Assembly: GCA_005787865.1 (NCBI GenBank)
Contig: SXZN01000178.1
Location: 1-33,852, forward strand
Length of the DNA: 33,852 nucleotides
Direction of reading: 5' to 3'
Origin: Opitutaceae bacterium
Lineage (GTDB): Bacteria; Verrucomicrobiota; Verrucomicrobiia; Opitutales; Opitutaceae
A program made the translations under genes and the position numbers. Positions 1 through 8,797 of the stretch are shown here, piece by piece. The notes under the pieces were generated by a model. That model ran no database searches. It saw only the letters and a list, made by a program, of their open reading frames with translations, and was not told the DNA's origin. Every line of letters begins with the position of its first letter. Position 1 is the stretch's first letter.

Positions 1-1
1 G

Positions 2-184
2 CGTGAAGATGTTGAGCGTGGACAGGTTGTTTGTAAGCCTGGCAGCGTTACACCACACACTGACTTTGAGGCATCTTCTTACATCCTTTCAAAGGATGAA
101 GGCGGACGTCACACACCATTCTTTAACAACTACCGTCCTCAGTTCTACTTCCGCACTACGGATGTAACTGGCGTAGTAACACTT
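2..184 (+). pseudogene. tuf: EF-Tu internal fragment (domain II/III boundary), joined to an unrelated gene
   Basis: Frame 2 translates as [61 protein letters not shown], an unmistakable EF-Tu signature. Similarity stops abruptly at about 185. Not in the ORF track. Confidence 0.93.
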
Positions 185-698
185 CTTCGGCATTGATGCC
201 TTCAAGATTAATGCCGGCATCGAGACAGATATCGATGTGCTTCTCGACGATTTCGCGCGCCACATCACCGACATTTTTGTAACCCACGCCGGTATAATAA
301 GGACCCTGCGGAGCCGGATAGCCGTCGACCGGAAAGCCCAAGGGGCGACCGTCTTGGTAGAAGAAGTATTCCTGCTCAAAGCCAAACCAAGTCCCGGCAT
401 CATCCGGAATCGTGGCCCGCGAATTCGAAGGATGCGCCACGCCCGTATGCAGGAAAGTTTCGCACATCACGAGCACCCCATTGATCCGGGTGCTATCAGG
501 GAAAACTGCGACGGGTTTCAGGGTGATATCTGAACTCTTGCCCTCGGCCTGCTGAGTCGAGCTACCGTCGAAGCCCCAAGGGGGCAAATCGGCGAGAGCC
601 GGGAAGCTGGCAAATTCTTTGATTTGCGTCTTGCTGCGCAGGTTAGCTAACGGGGTGTAGCCATCGAGCCAGATGTATTCCAATTTGTATTTAGCCAT
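156..698 (-). CDS. glnII: Glutamine synthetase type II, N-terminal part only (truncated at about 186 by the tuf junction)
   Basis: Motifs [31 protein letters not shown] and GINAE are present. Probable ATG at 698 (MAKYKLEY). Residues after INAE are antisense tuf sequence. Confidence 0.9.
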   Translation of the reverse strand: MAKYKLEYIWLDGYTPLANLRSKTQIKEFASFPALADLPPWGFDGSSTQQAEGKSSDITLKPVAVFPDSTRINGVLVMCETFLHTGVAHPSNSRATIPDDAGTWFGFEQEYFFYQDGRPLGFPVDGYPAPQGPYYTGVGYKNVGDVAREIVEKHIDICLDAGINLEGINAEEVLLRQLHP

Positions 699-780
699 AT
701 GATTTAAGGTTAAGGGGGAAACCACCTGAACACTGGCGCCGAAACAGCAGCAGGGCCGGGGTAAACTTAAGCCCTAATTC

Positions 781-796
781 AGCATCTCACGTGCCA
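781..796 (-). promoter_or_regulatory. sigma54 (-24/-12) promoter for glnII
   Basis: Minus strand reads TGGCAC-GTGAG-ATGCT, matching TGGCAC-N5-TTGC with one mismatch, about 80 nt upstream of a nitrogen-assimilation gene. Confidence 0.75.
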
Positions 797-922
797 GAGG
801 CAAAGAGATTTTAATAACATGACTCAGCTTTTTATCTATTTTAGGCTAAATTTACTCTTCCCCGACCAAAGCGCACTCTTGCCACCGCCCGCTCCCCCGC
901 AAATCGTCTCTCCCCCAGCCCC

Positions 923-2152
923 ATGCATGAGGTTAAAGATACCCAACGCGCCCTGGTCCGCATCGGTTTCGATGGCAGCGTCCACAAAACCTTCCGCGGA
1001 CCGGAAGCTTTTGTGCGTTTTGAGAACGAGGTTAAAGTTCTTCGCTACCTCGAAGCCCGAGGCTGCGATTTCGTGCCGCAGTTGCTGGAAGTGGATGAAA
1101 CTCACCTAAAAATAACTACCACCAATTGCGGCTCGCGGGTCGACCAACTGAACGCGGCGAGAATGCAGCAACTCTTTGCTGAACTCGCGGCCTTTGGCGT
1201 TCGCCACGATGACCCCGAGTTGCGCAATGTCACCTACCGCCGGAGCGACGGGCGCTTTTGCCTGATCGATTTTGAATTCGCGACCGTGTTGAGCGAAAGC
1301 ACCGCGGACGCCAGCTCCCAGTCGCCGCACCTTCGCTGGTCAGGGCTGACGCATCGCGGCCATGTTCGCCCGATCAACGAAGATCGTTTTCTGGCGCTGG
1401 AATTTGATGGCCACGAAGTTCGCTACCTCGGCAAGAACGGTGAGGCCTCTTGGACGAAAGCAGATTTTGTTTTTGCCGTGAGCGATGGCATGGGCGGCGC
1501 CAATTCCGGGGAATTCGCTAGCCGTATAACCATTGATAAAATCACGAGCCTGATGCCCAAAAAATTCCGGGGCGCCGCGCCTGGCCCGAATAGCGGCTAT
1601 GCCGAAATCCTCCTCGAGGCCTTTCGCGAGATTCATCAGGAATTAATTAAGCTCGGCGAATCCTACGAAGAATGCCGCGGCATGGGGACCACGCTCAGCC
1701 TGTGTTGGCTGACCCCCGGTTGGGCTTACTTTGGTCATATTGGCGACAGTCGCATCTACCATCTGCCGGCAACCGGGGGACTCAGCCAGCTAACTCACGA
1801 CCATGGCCACGTGGGCTGGCTGCGCCGTCAGGGCAAACTCACCGAACGTGAAGCTCGGGCGCATCCCATGCGCCACGCCCTGCACCAATCCCTCGGTGCA
1901 GAACATCAATTCATCGAACCACAATTTGGCGCCCTCCCCTGCACCCCCGGCGATCGTTTTTTACTCTGCTCCGATGGCCTGATCGAAGGTCTCTGGGACC
2001 GGCAACTCGAAGCAATGATCCGTGAGCCTGCCACCACCCCAATCGCGCAGCGACTGATCGAAGCCGCCCTCGAACGCGCCGGCCGGGATAACATCACCGC
2101 GTTGGTTTACGAAGCGCTCGCGGTCCCTGCGTCGGAATCGCCCAGTTCATGA
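923..2152 (+). CDS. Fusion of a minimal Ser/Thr kinase-like domain (about aa 1-125) and a PP2C/PPM-family phosphatase
   Basis: N-terminus has VHK, FENEV, HDDPELRN and IDFEFA kinase-like motifs. C-terminus has HRGHVRPINED, SDGMGG, GTT, HIGDSR, LLCSDGL and GRDNIT PP2C motifs. Confidence 0.88.
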   Translation: MHEVKDTQRALVRIGFDGSVHKTFRGPEAFVRFENEVKVLRYLEARGCDFVPQLLEVDETHLKITTTNCGSRVDQLNAARMQQLFAELAAFGVRHDDPELRNVTYRRSDGRFCLIDFEFATVLSESTADASSQSPHLRWSGLTHRGHVRPINEDRFLALEFDGHEVRYLGKNGEASWTKADFVFAVSDGMGGANSGEFASRITIDKITSLMPKKFRGAAPGPNSGYAEILLEAFREIHQELIKLGESYEECRGMGTTLSLCWLTPGWAYFGHIGDSRIYHLPATGGLSQLTHDHGHVGWLRRQGKLTEREARAHPMRHALHQSLGAEHQFIEPQFGALPCTPGDRFLLCSDGLIEGLWDRQLEAMIREPATTPIAQRLIEAALERAGRDNITALVYEALAVPASESPSS

Positions 2153-2514
2153 CGCTTATTTTTGTCTACGGCACGCTGATGCGCGGTGGCCAGAATCACC
2201 ATTATCTCGCGCAGCAGCAATTTATCGGCCCCGCCTGCACGCGGCCCGGTTTCACGCTTTATTCACTGGGCGCTTATCCTGGGATGGTCGCCTCAACCGA
2301 TCAGCAGCATGCGGTGAACGGAGAAATTTGGTCAGTGGATGAGCCGACCCTAAAAAAACTCGATGACCTTGAAGGGGTCGCCGAACAGCTCTACGCCCGC
2401 CAACCCATCAGCCTCGCCCCGCCCTACGGCCAACCCATGGTCCAAACTTATATTTACCTGCGTCATCTGTCCGGCTGTTCCCACCTAGGCGCAAATTGGC
2501 AGTCTCCTAGCTGA
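2149..2514 (+). CDS. Gamma-glutamylcyclotransferase (GGACT/AIG2-like)
   Basis: IFVYGTLMRG, YPG, GEIW and LDDLEG motifs. ATGA overlap with the upstream stop codon. Confidence 0.9.
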   Translation: MTLIFVYGTLMRGGQNHHYLAQQQFIGPACTRPGFTLYSLGAYPGMVASTDQQHAVNGEIWSVDEPTLKKLDDLEGVAEQLYARQPISLAPPYGQPMVQTYIYLRHLSGCSHLGANWQSPS

Positions 2515-2696
2515 CCACCATGGTTCCAACCCACGCTCCTCTTTTCGCAAAAGAACTGTGATTAAGTTTTAGGCGTGAGCTTTTTGTGCCCAGCCCCACC
2601 GTTCGATCGCTGTCCGCGCCTTTTTTTCGGCAGAAAAAATAATCTCCAGCTACTCCCTTAAAGAAAAAAGCAGATAATCCAAACCAGCCTCTCTCG

Positions 2697-4250
2697 ATGC
2701 GATTCCTATCCTTTGCCCTCATCCTAATCGTCAGTGCCGAATCAGCCTGGGCAGAAAATACTCCACTGCGAGTCGCCGCGCTGGAGTTTGCGATCACCCC
2801 AACCACCGGTGGGTACACGGCGAGCAAAACTGGGGCCCGGGTGACCAAGGTTGCGGGGCCTTTGAAAACCGCGGTGACGCTGCTGGAGGACGGGGATACT
2901 CGACTGTGCCTCATCACATCGCACATGAACTCGCCGAAGGGGGCGAACATCGCCCCGTTGATTCGTCGGGCTGTGGCGGAGGCCCTGGAGATGCCGATCT
3001 CCCATGTGCTGCTGATGGTCTCGCATAATCACACCGACCTCAATCTCGTGAGCAATCACCTCGAGGCCTTTTTAACGCTGTCGATGAAGCCGGAAGAGAT
3101 TCCCACCCCCAAGCTGGAGCCGGTGGGAGAAGATTTTATGCGGCAGCTCGTCGCTACGGCCAAGCAACTGCCTGCGCTGCTGCAACCGGTCAGCGTATGG
3201 TGGGCCGTGGGTTCCGAGAACCGCATCAGTTACAATCGCAAAGGCCGCCAGCCCGATGGCACAGCGTACCTCATCCGCGAAGAGGATCGCGACTTGTTGG
3301 GAGCAGATTTCAACGGCGACATCGACACGCAGGCCCCCATCGTCGTTTTCAAAAACGAGCGCGGTGAGTTCGTCACGGCGATCACGCAGTTCACCAGCCA
3401 TCCGTGCTCATGTTATCATCCAGAAAAGCCCATCATCTTCGGCGATTGGCCCCAGGTCGCTTGCGATCATGTCGCGCAGCACCTATCGCCAATGAAACCG
3501 ATCACGGTGAGCTTTCTGCAAGGCTGCGCGGGCGACGTGAACTCCAAAGGCATGTTTCGCGGTGATGTGGCGCTGTCGGAAAAATATGGTCGCTACCTCG
3601 CAGACAGCTACATCGCTGCTTTGGGTAATTTAAAACTCTCCCAGCGCGCCGGACTCGATTTTAGCCTAGAGCCAGTTTCCATCCCGCTCGCTCCCCTGCC
3701 CGCTGAGGCCGTCTTGAAAGCTGAAATCGCGGAAATGGAAGATTTCATCAAACGGGCGGCGGCTGGCGATGAAAACACCCTGCTCTGCGTGGGCCAAAAT
3801 TTTCCGCGTGAGCTGACTCCCGCCTATCGCGGCAAATTAATCGAAATGATCCTGCCGTGGAATAAATGGGCGCTCGCCATGCACCAGCAAGGCCAGGCCG
3901 CCACGGTGGCAAAAACGCTTGAGGTTGAAATTCAAGTCTTCCGCATCGGCGATGTGGGCCTCGTGGGCATGCCCTTTGAGCCATTTCAAGGTATTGGTCG
4001 CCAAATTCGCGCGGGCTCTGGTCTGCCGCTCGCCATCCCCTGCAGCTACACGAACTTATCATACGGTTACCTCACCGACTCCCCCAACACGGGCGATGTC
4101 GAATACCAAAGCGCCCACTATCGCTACAGCAAATACCGGCCGCCTTATGCGAAACCCGCCGGCGATGTGATTGCGATCAAGGCAGTCGAAACCTCAACCG
4201 ATTTGCCCAATAACGGGCTCTTTTTTGAAATCAGCGGGGATGCGCAGTAA
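2697..4250 (+). CDS. Secreted neutral/alkaline ceramidase-like metallohydrolase (true end possibly 4213)
   Basis: Signal peptide MRFLSFALILIVSAESAWA. Motifs SHNHT, YNR, FTSHP, FLQGCAGDVN, GMPFEPF and YGYL are typical of this family. Confidence 0.75.
   Translation: MRFLSFALILIVSAESAWAENTPLRVAALEFAITPTTGGYTASKTGARVTKVAGPLKTAVTLLEDGDTRLCLITSHMNSPKGANIAPLIRRAVAEALEMPISHVLLMVSHNHTDLNLVSNHLEAFLTLSMKPEEIPTPKLEPVGEDFMRQLVATAKQLPALLQPVSVWWAVGSENRISYNRKGRQPDGTAYLIREEDRDLLGADFNGDIDTQAPIVVFKNERGEFVTAITQFTSHPCSCYHPEKPIIFGDWPQVACDHVAQHLSPMKPITVSFLQGCAGDVNSKGMFRGDVALSEKYGRYLADSYIAALGNLKLSQRAGLDFSLEPVSIPLAPLPAEAVLKAEIAEMEDFIKRAAAGDENTLLCVGQNFPRELTPAYRGKLIEMILPWNKWALAMHQQGQAATVAKTLEVEIQVFRIGDVGLVGMPFEPFQGIGRQIRAGSGLPLAIPCSYTNLSYGYLTDSPNTGDVEYQSAHYRYSKYRPPYAKPAGDVIAIKAVETSTDLPNNGLFFEISGDAQ
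4205..4226 (+). terminator. Possible weak intrinsic terminator
   Basis: GCCC-aataac-GGGC followed by TCTTTTTT. It overlaps a TAA at 4211-4213 in an alternative frame. Confidence 0.4.
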
Positions 4251-4271
4251 TCTAATTTACAACTAAGCACC

Positions 4272-4613
4272 TCAGGATTTCAGCGCTGATTTTGGCACGC
4301 GCTTGACCGTAACAAAACGGGCGCGAAATAATTCTTCCAGTAAATCACGAGTGGCCGACGGAATCCGCTTAACCAAATCCTCGAGCGGGGGTAACGATTC
4401 CTCGGCGGTTACCGGCGCCAAATTCTCGGCGAGCGGCGCCTGTCCATAAAACTCCTCCGAGCCGCGCTGCGCCATCAGCAGAGTCGCTTCTTCCTCTGGC
4501 GATGGACCGCTGGGCATCGCCTCATCCGCGGGCGTGCCCCCCGCGCAGCGAGCGATCGGCGCATCTTCCTCGTCGGATTCCTTCGGCCCCACCCCCGGCA
4601 CCCCTCCATTCAA
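4272..4613 (-). CDS. Probable C-terminal extension of DnaX (tau-specific region) reached by -1 frameshift or slippage
   Basis: The frame is open from the A9 run at 4650-4658 onward ([19 protein letters not shown]...). It has only a weak TTG start, and encodes a Pro/Glu/Ala-rich linker followed by the helical tail LLEELFRARFV. Confidence 0.6.
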   Translation of the reverse strand: MNGGVPGVGPKESDEEDAPIARCAGGTPADEAMPSGPSPEEEATLLMAQRGSEEFYGQAPLAENLAPVTAEESLPPLEDLVKRIPSATRDLLEELFRARFVTVKRVPKSALKS

Positions 4614-4642
4614 AACACTCGCCCCACCGTCAGCCGGGGTCG

Positions 4643-5785
4643 TTAGTCGTTTTTTTTTGAGCCTTCGGGCAAACCTTCAGCCAGCGTCGCAATTTCTTTA
4701 ATCAAGCTGTCAATCGCGCGGGCTCGACTGGCCTCCACCGCCTTGAGCAAGGCTACTTCAAAATTAATTTTCTGGGACAGACCATGCTTCACGCCGTGCT
4801 CCCCTTCATGCAGCCCGTCCAGCAACCGCGTTAACTGTTCGGTGGTCAGCGGAGCCCCTAACCGCTCGCTGGTCCCGCCCTGCGCTATTGCCGCGAGCAA
4901 AGCCGTCTGCACGTGGGTCTGCAAATCTACCAGTAAGCGAAAAAGGTCGCGGCCATTTTCATCCGCTTCGTCGACCAGCTCGATGATTTTCTTATGATCA
5001 GCCACGGCCAGCGCCGCCGCGAGCGCCGCGATTTTCCCCTCGGCGACCAACCCATAGACATCGAGCACATCCGCCTCACCGACCTCCGTGCCGCAAAAAG
5101 AAATCATCTGGTCAAAAATAGATTGAGCGTCCCGCATGCCGCCATCCGCCATGCGCGCAATACTGGCCAAGGCCGCGTCACTGACTTTAATCTTATCGGC
5201 CACGGCGATTTTCTTCAGCCGCTGTACAATTAACTCACTGGGAATGGGCTTAAGATCAAAACGCTGACAACGGGAAATAACGGTTGCCGGCATTTTCTGC
5301 GGATCCGTCGTGGCGAAAATAAATTTCACGTGCGCGGGCGGCTCCTCAAGCGTTTTCAGCAAGGCATTGAAGGAGCCAGCCGAAAGCATGTGCACCTCAT
5401 CAATGATGTAGACCTTGAAGCGCGCCTGCGCCGGCGCATAGGCCACGGTGTCGATGATGAACTCGCGCACCTTGTCGACTTGCGTATTGGACGCCGCATC
5501 GAATTCGATCACATCTAAACAACGACCTTCTGCGATATCCGCACAAATGGGATCAAGCGGATCAAAGCTGGCGTTGGGGCCACCGGTGGCATTGAGCGCC
5601 TTAGCAAAAATCCGGGCCGTGCTGGTCTTGCCCGTGCCGCGTGGTCCCACCAATAAATAAGCGTGGGCAATCCGATTGCGCGCGATGGCATTTTTCAGCG
5701 TACGCACCACATGATCCTGCCCGACGACATCGTCAAAGGTCTGCGGGCGCCACTTGCGGGCAATGACTTGATAAGGGGTAGCCAT
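4643..5785 (-). CDS. dnaX: DNA polymerase III subunit gamma/tau (zero-frame product of 380 aa)
   Basis: [36 protein letters not shown] and GGMRDA motifs. Confidence 0.97.
   Translation of the reverse strand: MATPYQVIARKWRPQTFDDVVGQDHVVRTLKNAIARNRIAHAYLLVGPRGTGKTSTARIFAKALNATGGPNASFDPLDPICADIAEGRCLDVIEFDAASNTQVDKVREFIIDTVAYAPAQARFKVYIIDEVHMLSAGSFNALLKTLEEPPAHVKFIFATTDPQKMPATVISRCQRFDLKPIPSELIVQRLKKIAVADKIKVSDAALASIARMADGGMRDAQSIFDQMISFCGTEVGEADVLDVYGLVAEGKIAALAAALAVADHKKIIELVDEADENGRDLFRLLVDLQTHVQTALLAAIAQGGTSERLGAPLTTEQLTRLLDGLHEGEHGVKHGLSQKINFEVALLKAVEASRARAIDSLIKEIATLAEGLPEGSKKND
4650..4658 (-). other. A9 slippery sequence (tcA AAA AAA AAC GAC TAA) at the end of dnaX
   Basis: Nine consecutive T on the + strand, two codons before the dnaX stop. 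One extra A fuses dnaX to ORF 4272..4613. Confidence 0.65.
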
Positions 5786-5886
5786 GATGGACGCTATGAC
5801 TGAAAGACCGATGCGATAAAAAATCCAGCCCGCGTTTCTGATTTCTTTCAGGCTTCACCGTTTTAGCCGGGCAGGCTTTTAAAAAA

Positions 5887-5985
5887 GTGGCTAGGCAATC
5901 CACGGCACTGGGAGGACGTCGTCACCGTTGCTGCCTTCCGGCCCTGGCGGGGTTCACGCGCCTACTCATGTATGGCGCCTAGCCA
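5887..5985 (-). ncRNA. ffs: Signal recognition particle RNA (4.5S, small bacterial SRP)
   Basis: Minus strand has the helix-8 motif GAACCCCGCCAGGGCCGGAAGGCAGCAA, terminal pairing TGGCTAGGC/GCCTAGCCA and a U-tract. It lies in the usual position upstream of dnaX and is preceded by TTGTCA-N16-TACGTT. Confidence 0.93.
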
Positions 5986-6094
5986 AGGCGGAACGTAGGC
6001 GGACACCTTACCCTGACAACTAAAATAAAAAACGCCGGCCAACCCACGCCACCCTGAGCTGGTAGAAAAAATAACCGCAGCGAGCCGACCCCGA

Positions 6095-6571
6095 TCAGTG
6101 ATGCCTTGGCTTCTCTGAGGGCGGACCATCGCCGGGCGGCAACGGCGACCCGCCGCTGGGGCGGGGCGCGTTGGGGCCACCGGGCGGACGATCATGGCCC
6201 AACCGTTTAGCGCGGTCCCGCATTTCTTTGTTCATCTGCTCAAACTTGGCGCGCTGCGCCGGACGCAATTTATCGGCAATTTCTCGTTCCATCTGTTCCA
6301 CCCCACTCTTGGTCTCAGCCAGAGAAAAAGCCCGTAGCCGATTAAGCTGCTCCATGTTGCGACGGACGATCGGCCGCAATTGGTCAACCTGCTCCGGCTG
6401 TAAATCCAGCCGATCGACCAGCCGCTTCAAATGGAGTGGAGCCCATTGCTCTGGTAGCGGACGTTTCGCCAACGCGGCTCGGCCAATTTTCCGCATGACC
6501 AAGGCGCCCGTCACACTGCCCGCGATAAAAATACCGATTAAGAGAAGAATTAATTTCCAGGGTTTATTCAT
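6095..6571 (-). CDS. Membrane-anchored periplasmic Spy/CpxP/heavy-metal-sensor-like protein
   Basis: N-terminal TM (IFIAGSVTG) and LDLQPEQ...LRPAQ helical repeats. Third gene of the ECF operon. Confidence 0.65.
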   Translation of the reverse strand: MNKPWKLILLLIGIFIAGSVTGALVMRKIGRAALAKRPLPEQWAPLHLKRLVDRLDLQPEQVDQLRPIVRRNMEQLNRLRAFSLAETKSGVEQMEREIADKLRPAQRAKFEQMNKEMRDRAKRLGHDRPPGGPNAPRPSGGSPLPPGDGPPSEKPRHH

Positions 6572-6572
6572 T

Positions 6573-6866
6573 TTAAGTCAGGTCCAGCAGTTCATTGACG
6601 GTATCCGCGTTCGCGTAATCTTCATTGGGCTCAGCGGTAGACACACTATCATCAAGAATTGCGGCCGCCCCACCGAGCGCCACGGCCACCATGAGACCCC
6701 GGAATGCGAAACGTTCCATCACCGCCCAAGGGCGCGGGGCTGGCTGGGACCACGCCCGGGCGACGACGCGCGTCGCCAACCAGAGAGGCGCTGACTCCAA
6801 CTCAGCGGCGGGAGCCTGCCGGGCGAGCGCGGTCAATTTTTGCCAAGAACGATCGAACGGGTTCAT
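6573..6866 (-). CDS. Putative anti-sigma factor (single TM)
   Basis: Overlaps the stop of the ECF sigma gene. Short cytoplasmic domain plus one hydrophobic helix. Confidence 0.65.
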   Translation of the reverse strand: MNPFDRSWQKLTALARQAPAAELESAPLWLATRVVARAWSQPAPRPWAVMERFAFRGLMVAVALGGAAAILDDSVSTAEPNEDYANADTVNELLDLT

Positions 6867-7456
6867 GATTTCTCCTTATTAGTTAATGCTTGAAATAATT
6901 TCTGTAATTTTCGGCGGGCGCGGAAAGCGCGCACTTTGATGAGCGTCTGATTCCAACCGGTGAGAGCGCTGATCTCGACCATCGTTTTTTGCTCCAAATC
7001 TAATAATTGAATGACGAGCTGATCATCCGGCTTAAGCTGCGCGAGCAATTTATCAACCAGCTCGCGCGCGGCTAAGGCATCCCCAGGACGCGGCTTGCGA
7101 CCATCAGTCAGGACCGCATCAAGCACCTCCGCCTCCTGTTCCGATAAGTCAGCCCAGCGAAATTCCGGCCGGCGCTGCTGCGCGCGCAGCTGATCAATGC
7201 AGGTCGTCACCGCGATCCGCGACACCCAGTGCGGGAACGGCACATTGCCCTGATATTGTTCGAGGCGGGTAAACATTTTCAGGAAAATATCTTGCACGAG
7301 ATCTTCTTCAGCGACGCGCCGCGGAAGCCGAGCGCGCACGATCCGAATAACCAGAGGGTGGAGATGCTCCACGAGTTCCCGCGCTGCCGTTTGGTCGCGG
7401 TGGCGCACCAATTCAAGACAGGCGGCCACATCAAAAGCGGCTTCAGCTGGATCCAT
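6863..7456 (-). CDS. ECF-family RNA polymerase sigma factor
   Basis: EDLVQDIFLK and WVSRIAVTTCIDQLR (region 2); EISALTGWNQTLIKVRAFRAR (region 4). Confidence 0.93.
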   Translation of the reverse strand: MDPAEAAFDVAACLELVRHRDQTAARELVEHLHPLVIRIVRARLPRRVAEEDLVQDIFLKMFTRLEQYQGNVPFPHWVSRIAVTTCIDQLRAQQRRPEFRWADLSEQEAEVLDAVLTDGRKPRPGDALAARELVDKLLAQLKPDDQLVIQLLDLEQKTMVEISALTGWNQTLIKVRAFRARRKLQKLFQALTNKEKS

Positions 7457-7485
7457 AGAGAGTTATAAACTAACACCTCACTAGA

Positions 7486-7511
7486 GACGCGCTACGGGTC
7501 GATGGGTTACA
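7486..7511 (-). promoter_or_regulatory. Probable autoregulatory ECF promoter
   Basis: Minus strand TGTAACC-N15-CGTC, the typical ECF AAC/CGT pattern, about 30 nt upstream of the sigma gene. Confidence 0.65.
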
Positions 7512-7536
7512 GGCCGCGATTTCGCCACGATATGGG

Positions 7537-8676
7537 CTAAGCACGATCAATTTTATAAAACAGCCAAAGCCCTAAAGCCTGAAAAGCGAGCGTCGGCACC
7601 CACATCAGCAGGTCGGGCCGTAAACCGATATAATTATCACACCAGCTTGCGATAATCGTCCCGAAATAATAGGCCATCGTCAGAGCTAAGCCCAGCCCAA
7701 GATTGGCCGAGGTTTCTTTACGCGAAGCCTTGATCCCCAGAGGAATAGCAATGAGCGCAAACGATAAGACGGAGAAGGCCGTAGCAAATTTCTCATGCAG
7801 GGCAATCTGCACGCGCATCTGTTGCTTGGCTTGCTCCGCGGTCGTCAATTTGGCATCCGGCACGTTCAGCCGGCGCCATTTTGCCACCAGCTGACTAAAG
7901 GTCAGCCATTTGTCCTTGAGCCCAACGGTGCGCTGCCCGGTGACCTTATCCAGCCGGAGATCAAACGTTGCTTGATCCCACGCGGCGGCTCCACGCGCCG
8001 CGGTAAAATTCTCAGGATCCTGTTCATCCCGCACCTCGGCCGACGTTCGTTCTAAAGTCAGAATTAATTTATTATTCGTCTCATCAAAACTGAGCCGGCC
8101 GGAATCAGATCGCGCAAATCGTTTCACCCGATTTTTTGCGTCCAACTCCCAGAGCCAAAAATCTTTGAGCGCGGCTCCTTTCTTTTCGCCGGCGTACAAG
8201 ACAATCCCCGGAAAATCTCGGATAAAGGTTTTGGGAACAATAAAGCTCAGTGGATTTTGCTGCACGGCCGCCGCCATCTCGCGGTGATAGCTAAGCCGCG
8301 CGACCGGCATAAATTGAAAATTGATCAAGGTGCAAAGAATTACCCCAAGAATCGCCGCAAATAATATCGGCGCGGATAACCAGGCCACACTTAAGCCCGC
8401 CGCCCGCAGCGCAGTAATTTCGCCTTCCGCGGACATCCGCCCCAACACCAATAAAATCCCCGTCAACATGCCCATCGGCAAGGCGTAGGAGACGACAAAC
8501 GGGACCAACAGTCCGACCAAGCGCAGGGAGGTATCCCAGGCTAATTGCCCCGCTAACATGAGCGGCAGCAGATCTTTCAACGCGTTGCCCATCATGAGCA
8601 CAAAAGCAAACAAGCCCACCGCCGCAGCACACGTCAGGACGACGTTCGCAAAAATATGCCGGTGAATGAGGTTCAT
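7537..8676 (-). CDS. lptF: LptF/LptG-family LPS export permease
   Basis: 3 TM + periplasmic domain + 3 TM layout; LGRMSAEGEITALRAAGLS motif. Confidence 0.88.
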   Translation of the reverse strand: MNLIHRHIFANVVLTCAAAVGLFAFVLMMGNALKDLLPLMLAGQLAWDTSLRLVGLLVPFVVSYALPMGMLTGILLVLGRMSAEGEITALRAAGLSVAWLSAPILFAAILGVILCTLINFQFMPVARLSYHREMAAAVQQNPLSFIVPKTFIRDFPGIVLYAGEKKGAALKDFWLWELDAKNRVKRFARSDSGRLSFDETNNKLILTLERTSAEVRDEQDPENFTAARGAAAWDQATFDLRLDKVTGQRTVGLKDKWLTFSQLVAKWRRLNVPDAKLTTAEQAKQQMRVQIALHEKFATAFSVLSFALIAIPLGIKASRKETSANLGLGLALTMAYYFGTIIASWCDNYIGLRPDLLMWVPTLAFQALGLWLFYKIDRA

Positions 8677-8797
8677 GCTTGGGCTAAACTTGGGCGGCCG
8701 CCGCTAGGCGAGCAATCCCTCTTTTAGCGATGCGTGCGGCGGACGACGCGCTTCATCGCTTGCCAGCTGGCTCCGACCAGCGCAAACCTCGCGAGTC

